This document shows positions 20,378 to 30,707 of a stretch of 64,000 nucleotides of DNA, in pieces. The translations under genes were made by a program, and so were the position numbers. Under the pieces are notes generated by a model. That model did not search any database and was not told the origin of the DNA. It was given only the letters and a program-made list of their open reading frames with translations. Origin of the DNA: Armatimonadota bacterium (GTDB lineage: Bacteria; Armatimonadota; SYMT01). The DNA is taken from contig JAWLHY010000006.1 in assembly GCA_041690135.1 (NCBI GenBank), positions 64,001 to 128,000 of the forward strand, read 5' to 3'. Within the stretch, counting starts at the first letter, position 1, and each line of letters begins with the position of its first letter.

Positions 20378-20634
20378 CGTCATTGCGAAGGAGCCTTAGC
20401 GACTGCGGCAATCCCCCTGCCTTCCGCGCCGCCGCCTTTGCCAGCATACGCAGCTATTGCAGTCTTTACTGCGGAACTCCGGGACCGGAGGGCGGCCTCC
20501 GGGGGTCGAGACCCGCTGCGGTCACCAGGGGGATTGCCGCGCCCCGCAATGGCCGAACCTCGCACCCGACAGCAACACCCGCCAAAGCACGGCACGCGTA
20601 CCTACCGACGGGCCGGTCAGGGCTCGCAATGACG
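20378..20634. repeat. Nested palindromic (MITE/REP-like) element
   Basis: Outer IR CGTCATTGCGA (20378-20388)/TCGCAATGACG (20624-20634); inner 15-bp IR GCGGCAATCCCCCTG (20405-20419)/CAGGGGGATTGCCGC (20526-20540). Confidence 0.7.
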
Positions 20635-20836
20635 TGCGTTGGCTTTCTGAAGCTACGCCATTGGTGCGCGTTTTGCGCAGAAGTGCACTGGTAAGAGACT
20701 AATCACCCCGGAAAGGATCGCGTTACCCCTCGCAGTATTCCGACGTCCTTCTCCATAACCCGGGCGCCAGGGGCGGGCGCAAACGCCGCCAGCCACCCTG
20801 GCGCCGGTATTCGGGAATACCCACAGGAAGACAGGG

Positions 20837-21934
20837 ATGAAGACCTCCCGGCCGCGAGACGGCAACAAGCGCAATCCCCTTGGGAAAAAGATCCGCCGCG
20901 GGATCGCTGCCCTGGTGGTCGCGGCGGCGCTCGCGACCTACCTCTTCCATTACTTCTGGCTGGAGATGCCGATGGGCAGCGGACCTGCCGGCCCCGCGGT
21001 GGACCGGGAAGCCTTCGCCACCCCCTGGTCGGATCGTCCTGTGCTCCTGCTCGGCTTGGGGGATAGCGTTACCGCCGGGTACGGCGCCTCGCCGGGATTG
21101 AGCTACTTCGATCGGTTGGCGGCAAATCCGCCGGGAGAGTTTCCGGAGATGCAGGGAATCTGCCTGCGGGCCGTGCTGCCGAGCCTGCGGGCCGAGAATC
21201 GGTCGATCTCCGGCAGCACCTCCCTGGAGCACTGGGACCGCCAGGTGCGCAAACTGCCGGAGTATCCCCGCGACACCTGGGGCGTGGTCGTCCTGACCAC
21301 CGGGGGCAACGACATCATCCACGACTACGGACGAAGTGCCCCGCGCGAAGGGGCCATGTTCGGTGCATCGATCGCGCAGGCAAAACCCTGGATCGCCAAC
21401 TTCGAGAGCCGCCTGGAGCGGATGCTGGAGCGCATCGGGCAGAGCTTTCCCGGCGGCTGCGACATCTTCCTGGCGAACATCTACGATCCCACGGACGGCG
21501 TGGGCGTGGCGGGCACCGTGGGACTGCCGGCCTGGAAGGATGGCATGGCGATCCACCGCGAGTACAACGAGGTGATTCTCCGGGTCGCCGAGCGGAGCGA
21601 GTGGGTGCACCTGGTGGATATCCACGGCCCCATGCTGGGGCACGGCATCCACAGCCGCCAGTTCTGGCGCAAGCACTACCATCCGCAAGACCCGCACTAC
21701 TGGTTCTACGACAACTTCGAGGACCCGAACGACCGGGGTTACGACGCCATCCGCCGCCTCTTCCTGAACGGGATGGCGGAGGTGCTGCCCAAGAGCCTCA
21801 ACGGGGGAATGGCGCGGGCTCCGGCGGAAAATGACCGAACCGGTCCTCACCGCGCAGCAGGATCGCCCGCCAGGGACGCTTCATGGAATTCCCGGTCACC
21901 ACGCGTACGTGCGGCGGCACATACCGGATCGTGA
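20837..21934 (+). CDS. Membrane-anchored SGNH/GDSL hydrolase
   Basis: N-terminal TM; LGDSVTAG, TGGND, EDPNDRGY. Confidence 0.85.
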   Translation: MKTSRPRDGNKRNPLGKKIRRGIAALVVAAALATYLFHYFWLEMPMGSGPAGPAVDREAFATPWSDRPVLLLGLGDSVTAGYGASPGLSYFDRLAANPPGEFPEMQGICLRAVLPSLRAENRSISGSTSLEHWDRQVRKLPEYPRDTWGVVVLTTGGNDIIHDYGRSAPREGAMFGASIAQAKPWIANFESRLERMLERIGQSFPGGCDIFLANIYDPTDGVGVAGTVGLPAWKDGMAIHREYNEVILRVAERSEWVHLVDIHGPMLGHGIHSRQFWRKHYHPQDPHYWFYDNFEDPNDRGYDAIRRLFLNGMAEVLPKSLNGGMARAPAENDRTGPHRAAGSPARDASWNSRSPRVRAAAHTGS

Positions 21935-22592
21935 GCCCGCAGCGCCGCCGGGAGGAGCGGTTCGGGTTGCTGCCGTGGATCAACATTCCATGATGCAGGG
22001 AAATCTCCCCCGCCTTCAAGCAGAGATCGACCGCACGCGCCTCTTCTTCCGGGCTGACGGGGACTTCCTGATTGATGCTGAGGAGATTGCCCTCTCGCTG
22101 GGAGGTTGCGTGCTCGCGCAGCCCGGTGTGGGTGCCGGGAATGACACGCATGCAGCCGTTCGCGGTATCGCTGTCGTCCACGGCGTACCACGCGGTCAGC
22201 GCGTAGGGCGGCTCGAGGCCCCAGTAGGTGACGTCCTGGTGCCACGCCACAAACCGTTCCCGGGTTCCTTCCGCGGCACCCTCCCTCGCCGGCCCCTCGG
22301 CACTCGCGGGCGAAGGGTACTTGCAGAAGAAGTGGGTCGCCAGGAGAAGGATGTCGGGCCCCATCACGGTCTCGACCGCATCCAGGATGGCGGGGTGGGT
22401 GGCGAGCTCCCAGACGAACTGCTGATCGAAGTGGCGGTCCACCAGCCCAATCTGGCAGCGCTCGCGACCTTCCGCAGCTTCCAGCACGTCGAACTGGGCG
22501 CGCACCTTCGCCCCACTCTCTCCCATGTGCACGGGGACGCGGTGTAGGTAGCCGTCACGCTCGAAGGCCGCCGCGATCAAATGCCGGTCCAT
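21798..22592 (-). CDS. PhyH family dioxygenase (second copy)
   Basis: AWHQDVTYW, IHGSNPN, RRCGLT; GAGGAG RBS. Confidence 0.9.
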   Translation of the reverse strand: MDRHLIAAAFERDGYLHRVPVHMGESGAKVRAQFDVLEAAEGRERCQIGLVDRHFDQQFVWELATHPAILDAVETVMGPDILLLATHFFCKYPSPASAEGPAREGAAEGTRERFVAWHQDVTYWGLEPPYALTAWYAVDDSDTANGCMRVIPGTHTGLREHATSQREGNLLSINQEVPVSPEEEARAVDLCLKAGEISLHHGMLIHGSNPNRSSRRRCGLTIRYVPPHVRVVTGNSMKRPWRAILLRGEDRFGHFPPEPAPFPR

Positions 22593-22831
22593 TGGGATCG
22601 TCTCCTCGGTGGAATTCGTGGTAACCGGCACGCAGGCAGAGGCGTCAATCGCCTATAGAGGTATGGGGAGGTTCGCTGCCGGGTACACACTTTATGGAGG
22701 TGCAAAACACCTCTCCTGCCGTATCACATGCGTATTAAGCGGTTCCGTGTCTCTGCTGCGCATTCCTTGGAAGAATCGACCTCTTGCATTCGAGGTCTTG
22801 CCTCTTCATAGATGGATTGGGAGAACAGGTA

Positions 22832-25800
22832 ATGAGCGTTCGGGTGGCTCCCACCTTTAAAAACTGGATCATCGTGTTGTCCGCGTCCGGCACGATGACC
22901 CTCCTCGGGCATCCGGGGCAAAGCGCCCCCGCGGCGAAGCGCCCGCCGGTGAAGCGTGCACCGGTGAACAAGGCGGTCGTTCCGGCCAAACAGCACACCA
23001 AAGCCCCGGCGCCCGGCGCCGCCGTTAGCCCAACCAACCAACGCCCCTCGCTGCCGGGAGCGCCGGCGCCGGTGGTCCGGTTGGAAGATTACCCGCCGCC
23101 GAGCAGCGAGATCATGAAGGTCTCCGACGTGCGGGCGGGGATGAAGGGGTACGGCCTCACCGTTTTCCGTGGGACCAAAATCGAGCGTTTCGGGGTCGAG
23201 GTGGTCGGCGTGATGCCGAACACCTATTTCGGCCAGCCGCTCATCCTGGTCAAGCTCCACGGGGGTCCCATCACCGAGCGCGGCGCCTTCCTGATCCAGG
23301 GGATGAGCGGCAGCCCCATCTACATCAACGGCAAGCTCCTGGGCGCCTTCTCCCAGGGCAACGCGTGGCCCAAGGACGCGCTGGGAATGGTCACGCCGAT
23401 CGAGGCGATGCAGGAAGCCCTCGATCCCAAGCTCTCCACCATCCCCGCGGGCATCACCGCCGCCGATCTGGTAGACCCCGCGCCGGCAAAGAGTGATGTC
23501 GCGACTGGCGACCCGTTTACCACGCCGCTGTTCCGTTCTCCGCTTTCGAATCTGGACCCGATCGCCGTCGGCGGGCAGAGCTTCCGGCCGATGGCGCTGC
23601 CGGTGACGGTGAGCGGCCTCTCGGGCCGAAATCTCGACCGGGTATCCAAGATCCTGCAACCGCTCAATATGTCGGTGATGCAGGGCCCCGGCGGTATGGG
23701 GGAGCAGGTCAAGGCGGAGCTGGTTCCGGGCGCGGCGATCGGGGTTGCGCTGATGACCGGCGACATCGACATGACCGCCATCGGCACGGTGACCTACCGC
23801 GAAGGGAACAAGCTGCTGGCCTTCGGGCACCCGATGATGCAGCTCGGCGCCACCCAGTTCCCGATCACTACGGCCTGGATCCACGACGTCTTCTCCGGCT
23901 TCCAGATCTCCCACAAGATCGGTTCCGCCGGCCAGATCTGCGGCACCCTCACGCAGGACCGGCCCTTCTCCATCGCCGGCCAGCTCGGGGCTGCCCCGCC
24001 GATGATCCCGGTGCGCTACCACGTTTCCGATAAAACGACCGGTCGGAGCCGCACCTACAACGTCCAGGCGGCCAACCATCCTCTTCTGGTCAGCCAGCTC
24101 CTCCCCATCGCCGTCAACCAGGGTCTCTTCAACCTCCGGCCCGTTCCGGGGGACGCCGTGGCCCACGTGAAGATGAAGCTGGAGACGGAAGGCGCAGGTA
24201 CGATCACACGGGAGAATATCGTTTACGATCCCGGCGCGATCGACGTGGCCGCCGTCCAGGAACTCCTGGAAGTGATGCGGACGCTGAGCACCAACTCGTT
24301 CCGGCGAGTACCGGTGAAGAAGCTCGACATGGAGATCACGATCGAGGACAAGCGCCCAACCGCCGTCATCGACCGGATCTACCTCCCGCGGGACAAGTTC
24401 GAACCGGGCGAGGAAGTGGAAGTCGGCGTGGCCGTGCGCCCCTACCGCAAGGACCCGGTGATCACCAAGACGAAGATCCGGATCCCGCAGAACGCGACCA
24501 ACGGCCGCGCGATGCTGCTGGTGCAGGGCGGCGCCACCCGCGTGGTGCTGAACACGCAGATGCCCACGGGCACCACTGGAGCCATGCCCACCCCGGCGCC
24601 GGACGCCAGCCTCCGCCAGGTCCTCAAGAAGTTCATGGACCGCGAGCGCAACGACCAGATCGTGGTGCGCCTGGTCTTCCCCTCGACTGCGGTAAACGTG
24701 AACGGCGAGCGGATCTCGCAGCTCCCTTCCTCGCTGGTCGAAGTAATGAAGAGCTCCAAGACCACCGGCTTCCGCCTGGAGCGGGATGAAGCGAAGGTGC
24801 TGGAGAACTCCGATTACATCGTCACCGGCCTCCAGACCCTCCCCATCACCGTGCAAAAGGAAGACCGGCTGGAGAAGCCCAAGTCCGGCAACTCCAGCAC
24901 CTCCACCACGGGTGGCATCAGCGTGGGCGGCACTACGGCCGGCAACCTTTCCACCGGCGGCGACTACGAAGATCTCTCCACCGGCGTGCTGCGCCTGACC
25001 GTAGACGGCCAGCCGCGTGCCATCCGCCTCTTCACGCCCGAAGAAGAAGAGGAAGAGGAAGCTCCGAAGGCTGAGGACAAGAAGGAGCGGAAGAAGGCCG
25101 AGAAGCCGGAGAAGAGGGAGCCCAAGGGGGCGAAGTCCGCGGCAAGCGGCAAAGGCAAGAGCGGGCAGAAGAGCACACCGGTATCCGCCGCGGCCAAGAC
25201 GGACGCCGAGGATGAAAAGCCAAATGCTCCCACTACCGCAACCGCCTCCGCCACGGACGATAAGCTGGTGGCCCGGGCCGCCACGGCCTGGACCCAGACC
25301 AGCCAGGCCGACTTCGAGCGCGGCACCCTGAAGGGGACCGCCGTCACCACCAACGGCGACGTGCGGATGGCGCCCAGCCTTAGCCAGTCCTACGAGTCGA
25401 ACGAGCAGTTCGTCTGGAGCGTGGTTGCGCTGAAGGGCGCGCTCTACGCCGGCACCGGCAACGGCGGCCAGGTCCTCAAGATCACCGGCAAGAACCAGGG
25501 GACCGTCTTCTGCCGCACGGGTGAGCTCCAGGTCCACGCCCTGACCAAGGACAAGGCCGGCAATCTCTACGCCGGCACCAGCCCGAACGGGAAGATCCTG
25601 AAGATCGGCGCGGACGGCAAGGCGACCGAGCTGTTCTCCATGAACGGCAATGAGGCCGCCTCCGATGCCGGCAGCAAGTTCGTCCTGAGCTTGGTGACGG
25701 CGGACGACGGCACCCTTTACGCCGGCACCGGCCCGGACGGCAAGATCTACCGGATGGCTCCCGGCGGCGCCGTGCAGGAGTTTGCCAGCGTGCCGAAGCA

Positions 25801-27418
25801 GTCCGTGACGGCCCTGGCGCTGGGCGCGGACGGAACCCTCTATGCGGGCACCGCCGAAGACGGCAGCGTCTACCGCATCACCCCGGACGGGCGCGCGGCG
25901 ATGCTCTACGACACGGACCAGGCGGTGATCACCGGGCTCGCGATCGACGGCGAGCGCAACGTCTTCGCGGCCACTTCCCCCGCCGGGCAGATCGTGAAGA
26001 TCGACCCGACCGGCACGCCGAAGGTCTTCTTCAGCAAGAACAAGAGCGCGGCGTATGGACTGCTGATCGACCGCGGCGGCAACCTCTACACCGCCAACGC
26101 CAGCTCCATCCTGCGGGTGGAGCCGGACGGGGACGCGATCCTTCTCACGGATAAGCAGGACGCGCTGTTCACCTGCCTGGCGTGGGACGAGGAAGGCCGC
26201 ATCGCCGCCGGCAGCGCCAACGTGGGCGGCCTCTATCGACTGGGACCGACCACTGAAGGGGAGTTCCAGTCGTCCGTCCACGACGCGAAGCTGCCGGCCC
26301 GCTGGGGACGCATCCGCTACTCCGGCGCGCTTCCGGAAGGCGGCACGCTGAAGTTCCAGACCCGCAGCGGCAACAGCCCGGACCCGGACGCCACCTGGAG
26401 CGCCTGGCAGGACCCTACAGTCCGCGAGTCCAGCGTCTATGTGGCCAGCCCCGCCGCGCGCTTCCTTCAGTATCGCGTGCTCTTCAGCGCCACTTCGGGA
26501 ATGCCGACGCTGCGCGACGTGACCATCTACTACCTGCCCCGCAACCAGGCCCCGCGCCTGACGCTGGCGGTGCCGCAGGGTGGCGAGATCATCCGCGGCA
26601 CCAAGGAGCTGAAGTGGGCCGCCGCCGATCCCGACAAGGACACGCTCACCTACGAGCTCGCCTACAGCGCGGACAACGGGCGCACCTGGAAGCCCGTGGG
26701 GCAGAAGGCGGTGACGGAGAAGGCGGCCACGCCCGCCACCACCGAGAAGGGGAATGACCCCGCTAGCGGTCCCACCCGGGCCTCCGCCGAGGAAGCGTTG
26801 AAGCGCTACCGCGACCTGCTGGACAAGGACGACAAGCTCACCCCGCAGCAAAAGGAGGAGAGCTTCACTCGCGCCAAGGGCCTGGTGGAGAAGTACTTCC
26901 AGAACAACCCCGAGGGTGAGGTAACGGCCGCGGCTCCCAAAGTGGAGCCCAAGGCCGCGGCTTCGAGCCGGCCCACCGGCACCACCCGCGAGGCGACCTT
27001 CAAGTGGGACACCACCCAGGTACCGGACGGGATCTACATGCTGCGGATCACCGCGACCGACAAAGCGAGCAATCCCGGTGAGCCCCAAGCGGACGTGAAA
27101 GTCACCGAGCCGTTCATCGTGGCCAACACCCCGCCGCAGGTGTTCGTGTTCGAGCGCGGGATCACGGTGGATGCCCAGAAGCAGGCCAGCGTCGTCGGGT
27201 TCTCCAGCGGCCGGGTCACGCTCAAGGGCGCCCAGTACCGCGTGGGCGACGGCGATTGGAGCGCCATCGAGCCGGAAGACGGCATCTGGGACAGCGCCGC
27301 CGAGCACTTCCGGTTCGTCATCCCCGCACTGCCTTCCGGCGAGAAAACGCTGGAGGTCAAGGTGGTGGATGTCGCCGGCAACTCGCAGCTCAGCAAGGTG
27401 AAGTTCACCGTGCCGTAG
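22832..27418 (+). CDS. Large secreted protein: SpoIVB-like S55 peptidase domain, charged linker, beta-propeller repeats, Ig/FN3-like C-terminus
   Basis: GMKGYGLTV, IQGMSGSPIY, AFGHP; repeated LYAGT..G.IY; continuous frame with typical codon bias. Confidence 0.85.
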   Translation: MSVRVAPTFKNWIIVLSASGTMTLLGHPGQSAPAAKRPPVKRAPVNKAVVPAKQHTKAPAPGAAVSPTNQRPSLPGAPAPVVRLEDYPPPSSEIMKVSDVRAGMKGYGLTVFRGTKIERFGVEVVGVMPNTYFGQPLILVKLHGGPITERGAFLIQGMSGSPIYINGKLLGAFSQGNAWPKDALGMVTPIEAMQEALDPKLSTIPAGITAADLVDPAPAKSDVATGDPFTTPLFRSPLSNLDPIAVGGQSFRPMALPVTVSGLSGRNLDRVSKILQPLNMSVMQGPGGMGEQVKAELVPGAAIGVALMTGDIDMTAIGTVTYREGNKLLAFGHPMMQLGATQFPITTAWIHDVFSGFQISHKIGSAGQICGTLTQDRPFSIAGQLGAAPPMIPVRYHVSDKTTGRSRTYNVQAANHPLLVSQLLPIAVNQGLFNLRPVPGDAVAHVKMKLETEGAGTITRENIVYDPGAIDVAAVQELLEVMRTLSTNSFRRVPVKKLDMEITIEDKRPTAVIDRIYLPRDKFEPGEEVEVGVAVRPYRKDPVITKTKIRIPQNATNGRAMLLVQGGATRVVLNTQMPTGTTGAMPTPAPDASLRQVLKKFMDRERNDQIVVRLVFPSTAVNVNGERISQLPSSLVEVMKSSKTTGFRLERDEAKVLENSDYIVTGLQTLPITVQKEDRLEKPKSGNSSTSTTGGISVGGTTAGNLSTGGDYEDLSTGVLRLTVDGQPRAIRLFTPEEEEEEEAPKAEDKKERKKAEKPEKREPKGAKSAASGKGKSGQKSTPVSAAAKTDAEDEKPNAPTTATASATDDKLVARAATAWTQTSQADFERGTLKGTAVTTNGDVRMAPSLSQSYESNEQFVWSVVALKGALYAGTGNGGQVLKITGKNQGTVFCRTGELQVHALTKDKAGNLYAGTSPNGKILKIGADGKATELFSMNGNEAASDAGSKFVLSLVTADDGTLYAGTGPDGKIYRMAPGGAVQEFASVPKQSVTALALGADGTLYAGTAEDGSVYRITPDGRAAMLYDTDQAVITGLAIDGERNVFAATSPAGQIVKIDPTGTPKVFFSKNKSAAYGLLIDRGGNLYTANASSILRVEPDGDAILLTDKQDALFTCLAWDEEGRIAAGSANVGGLYRLGPTTEGEFQSSVHDAKLPARWGRIRYSGALPEGGTLKFQTRSGNSPDPDATWSAWQDPTVRESSVYVASPAARFLQYRVLFSATSGMPTLRDVTIYYLPRNQAPRLTLAVPQGGEIIRGTKELKWAAADPDKDTLTYELAYSADNGRTWKPVGQKAVTEKAATPATTEKGNDPASGPTRASAEEALKRYRDLLDKDDKLTPQQKEESFTRAKGLVEKYFQNNPEGEVTAAAPKVEPKAAASSRPTGTTREATFKWDTTQVPDGIYMLRITATDKASNPGEPQADVKVTEPFIVANTPPQVFVFERGITVDAQKQASVVGFSSGRVTLKGAQYRVGDGDWSAIEPEDGIWDSAAEHFRFVIPALPSGEKTLEVKVVDVAGNSQLSKVKFTVP

Positions 27419-27467
27419 CGCCGCGAGCCCCCAACCCATAAGCACACCCCTCCGGGGTGCGTTCCGG

Positions 27468-27500
27468 AAGGCCGGGCTCCCACGAGCCCGGCCTTTCTTC
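27468..27500 (+). terminator. Intrinsic terminator
   Basis: AAGGCCGGGCTC-CCAC-GAGCCCGGCCTT-TCTTC. Confidence 0.75.
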
Positions 27501-27598
27501 GTAAGATACCCGGTCACGGCAGGACTGTCCCTCCCGACCGTGCAACTGTCTGCCGGATCCGGCCGTTGCCGGCACAGACCCGGAGAGACAGCTTTACC

Positions 27599-28819
27599 AT
27601 GCCCTCGTTCGTCACCCACCTGGAATGCACCCGCTGCGGCAAGCCCTACGATCATCGTCAACTCCAGACCCTGTGTCACGACTGCGCGCGCCCACTCTAC
27701 GCCCGCTATGACCTGGACGCCGTGCGGAGCGCGGTGCGGAAGGAGGACCTGCGCGGTCGTGAGGCCAGCCTCTGGCGCTATGCGGAACTGCTGCCCGTCG
27801 GCGACGAAGTGGAGCGCGCCACGCTGGGAGAGGGCTGGACCCCGCTCCTACCGTGCCCGCGTCTCGGGGCTCACCTGGGACTGACCGATCTGCTGATCAA
27901 AGACGAAGGACAGATCCCCACGGGAAGCTTTAAGGCGCGCGGAATGGCCCTGGCCGTGACAAAGGCGAAGGAGCTAGGCGCCACATCTCTCGCCGTCCCC
28001 AGCGCCGGAAATGCCGGTGGGGCGATGGCGCAGTATGGCGCGCGCGCGGGCCTGCCGTGCCATGTGTTCATGCCGGCCGACGTGCCGGAACTGAACCGCA
28101 TCGAATGCGTGGCAGCCGGGGCGAAGACGTACCTGGTGAAAGGGCTCATCACCGATTGCGGCAAGATCGTCCGCGAAGGCACCCCCATTCGGGGCTGGTT
28201 CGACGTTTCCACCCTGAAGGAGCCGTACCGGGTGGAAGGGAAGAAGACGATGGGCCTGGAGATTGCCGAGCAACTGGACTGGCAGTTGCCGGACGTCATC
28301 CTCTACCCCACGGGGGGCGGTACCGGCCTGGTGGGGATGTGGAAGGCGTTCGCGGAGCTGGAGGCGCTCGGCTGGATCGACGGGAAGCGCCCGCGCATGG
28401 TGGCGGTACAGAGCGAAGGCTGCGCACCGATCGCCCGGGCGTTTGCTGCCGGCGCCGAATTCGCCGAGCCGTGGGAGAACGCGCAAACGATGGCCAGCGG
28501 GATTCGGGTCCCCGCAGCGGTGGGGGACTTCCTAATGCTGCGCGCCCTGCGGGAGAGCGGAGGGACGGCGGTGACCGTATCCGACGCGGAGATCGCCACG
28601 GCGACCCGGCTCGCCACCCAACTCGAAGGTCTGTTCGTCTGCCCCGAGGGAGCAGCAGTCGTGGCCGGGCTCCAGAAGCTGCGGGAGGCCGGATGGGTCC
28701 AGGCCGATGAGAAAGTGGTGGTGTTCAACACCGGTAGCGGCCTCAAATACCCCGAATGCTTCCCCGTGAGCCTTCCCGTGCTCGACCCCGCGGAGCCCAT
28801 CGACTATCTCAGTCTTTAA
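27599..28819 (+). CDS. thrC: Threonine synthase (PLP, fold type II)
   Basis: N-terminal CxxC, PTGSFKARG, SAGNAG, EGKKT, PTGGG, NTGSGLK. Confidence 0.88.
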   Translation: MPSFVTHLECTRCGKPYDHRQLQTLCHDCARPLYARYDLDAVRSAVRKEDLRGREASLWRYAELLPVGDEVERATLGEGWTPLLPCPRLGAHLGLTDLLIKDEGQIPTGSFKARGMALAVTKAKELGATSLAVPSAGNAGGAMAQYGARAGLPCHVFMPADVPELNRIECVAAGAKTYLVKGLITDCGKIVREGTPIRGWFDVSTLKEPYRVEGKKTMGLEIAEQLDWQLPDVILYPTGGGTGLVGMWKAFAELEALGWIDGKRPRMVAVQSEGCAPIARAFAAGAEFAEPWENAQTMASGIRVPAAVGDFLMLRALRESGGTAVTVSDAEIATATRLATQLEGLFVCPEGAAVVAGLQKLREAGWVQADEKVVVFNTGSGLKYPECFPVSLPVLDPAEPIDYLSL

Positions 28820-28832
28820 CTGCGGTACGAGA

Positions 28833-29153
28833 CTAGCGGTTGAGGCGGTGGCGTTCCCGGAACCGGGCCAGGGCCGTCTCCCAGCGCTTGATCAATTCCA
28901 GCTTGTACGGCATATCGGCCCGGACGGTGGTGTCCGCCAGTGCCAGCCCGTCTTGCAGGCAATCCGCTCCCGATGTCGCGAGGCCCTCGGTAGCCATTCG
29001 CTCGGCATTCATCAGCGTGAGGGTTAGCAGGCGTACTTCCGCCCCCGGTATTTGCGAGCTATTCGCCGGAACATCGACAGTTCCGTAGACGTGTGAATTA
29101 CGTGAGCCCTGGTTACTGCTTTGCACGGAGTCTCGTAGAAGGGTGTCGCTCAT
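28833..29153 (-). CDS. Hypothetical protein
   Basis: Fills gap on - strand; helical C-terminus; no recognised motif. Confidence 0.45.
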   Translation of the reverse strand: MSDTLLRDSVQSSNQGSRNSHVYGTVDVPANSSQIPGAEVRLLTLTLMNAERMATEGLATSGADCLQDGLALADTTVRADMPYKLELIKRWETALARFRERHRLNR

Positions 29154-29396
29154 GCTCTTACCCGGTCGCTCGGCCGAGGCGGGTGCGAACACGGACGACC
29201 CACCCTGCCGATCCGAACGCTTAGATCCCCTGACCCCTCCGTCTTGTTGGTACTCTCAAAAGAATTTTTTCTGCGCGAACGCTTTCCGCCCTAGCAGTAC
29301 CCGAACCGTCCGAACACACGGGAAGGGAATCGGCCGCGCGCGGGCGTAAACTGACAGCAGTTCCGGCTCCACCTAGCCCAGACAGGACTCGAGACC

Positions 29397-30428
29397 ATGC
29401 AGCTTTCGCGTCGATCTTGCTTGTTCGTTCTTCCGTTCGCCACCATCACTGCAACCGTTGCGGTCGCGGCCGCGCTTCCCGCCACCGCCCGCTCTACGGA
29501 GATGGCCGCCACTCCGGTGAAACCCGAACTCGTCTCCGTCAAGAAGATTTGGGATCGGGCGCCGCACAACGCCTTCACCGACCTGGTGCGGTTCAAGAAT
29601 GAGTGGTTCTGTGTGTTCCGGGAGGGCCAGGGCCATGTCTCCTCGGATGGCCTGCTGCGCGTGATCTCGTCCCGCGACGGAGAGCGCTGGACTTCCGCGG
29701 CCGTGGTCCTCTACTCGGGAGCGGACCTGCGGGACGCCAAGATCACCATCACCCCGGATAACCGCCTGATGCTGAGCGGGGCCGGCGCCCTCCACCCGCC
29801 GACGGACTACACGCACCAGTCCTTCGTCTGGTTTTCTGACGATGGCCGCAAGTGGACCCCGGCAACTCCCGTGGCCGATCGGAACGTGTGGTTGTGGCGC
29901 ACCACCTGGCACGAAGGCACCGCCTACGGGGTGGGCTACGGCGTGGGCAAGGAGCGGTTCGCGCGGCTCTACTCCAGCAAAGACGGATCCCGGTTTGCTA
30001 CCCTGGTGCCCACCCTCTTCTCCGAGGGGTACCCGAACGAACATTCCCTCGTGTTCCTGGAAGACGACACTGCGCTGTGCCTGCTCCGGCGCGACGGAAC
30101 GCCGAACACCGGCCAGCTCGGCACCAGCAAGCCGCCCTACACCCAGTGGAACTGGAAGGACCTGGGCACCCGCATCGGCGGCCCGCACATGCTGCGCCTG
30201 CCGGACGGGCGCTACGTGGCCGCGGTCCGGCTCTACGATAAGAAGGTCCGCACGTCCCTCTGCTGGCTCGACCCCCAGGCCGGCAAGCTCACGGAATTCC
30301 AGGCGCTCCCCTCCGGCGGCGACACCAGCTACGCCGGCATGGTGTGGCACGACAACCTGCTGTGGGTGAGCTACTATTCCTCCCACGAGGGGAAAACGAA
30401 CATCTACCTCGCCAAAGTCAAACTCTAG
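29397..30428 (+). CDS. Secreted exo-alpha-sialidase-like/BNR beta-propeller protein
   Basis: Signal peptide; HNAFTDL, SxDGxxW Asp-boxes, GDTSYAG. Confidence 0.82.
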   Translation: MQLSRRSCLFVLPFATITATVAVAAALPATARSTEMAATPVKPELVSVKKIWDRAPHNAFTDLVRFKNEWFCVFREGQGHVSSDGLLRVISSRDGERWTSAAVVLYSGADLRDAKITITPDNRLMLSGAGALHPPTDYTHQSFVWFSDDGRKWTPATPVADRNVWLWRTTWHEGTAYGVGYGVGKERFARLYSSKDGSRFATLVPTLFSEGYPNEHSLVFLEDDTALCLLRRDGTPNTGQLGTSKPPYTQWNWKDLGTRIGGPHMLRLPDGRYVAAVRLYDKKVRTSLCWLDPQAGKLTEFQALPSGGDTSYAGMVWHDNLLWVSYYSSHEGKTNIYLAKVKL

Positions 30429-30446
30429 CCCGAAGGGAGAGGCACC

Positions 30447-30650
30447 CTGACTGACCCCGAACGTCGGAGGAACATTTGGCGGCGCTGGCTAGTGCCCGCT
30501 GCTCTCATTGGGTTAGTCGCTGGAACCGGGGCGGTGGGAATGGTTCTGACCTACACGCCACCGCCCCTGGCCGTACGTCGCACTCCAGACGGCTCGGCAC
30601 TCTCTATCGAGCAAATCAGTTGGGGTCGCGGAAGTGCAGGGAGGTCTCGT
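30447..30650 (+). pseudogene. Possible truncated gene relic (N-terminal TM fragment)
   Basis: GGGAGA RBS then CTG; RRWLVPAALIGLVAGTGAVGMVL...TPDGSALSIEQISWG, then frame runs antisense into the next gene. Confidence 0.3.
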
Positions 30651-30707
30651 AACAGTACACGAAGATCCAGGATTCCCCTATTCCCCGTCGCAGGTGTAGC
30701 GGCAGCG

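Noticed and set aside
25040-25130. GAA/GAG-rich low-complexity tract
   Set aside because: Encodes the Glu/Lys linker; not an independent repeat element.
22724-27679. 1651-aa minus-strand ORF
   Set aside because: Antisense shadow of the S55/propeller gene; high GC3 bias removes stops on the opposite strand; no motifs.
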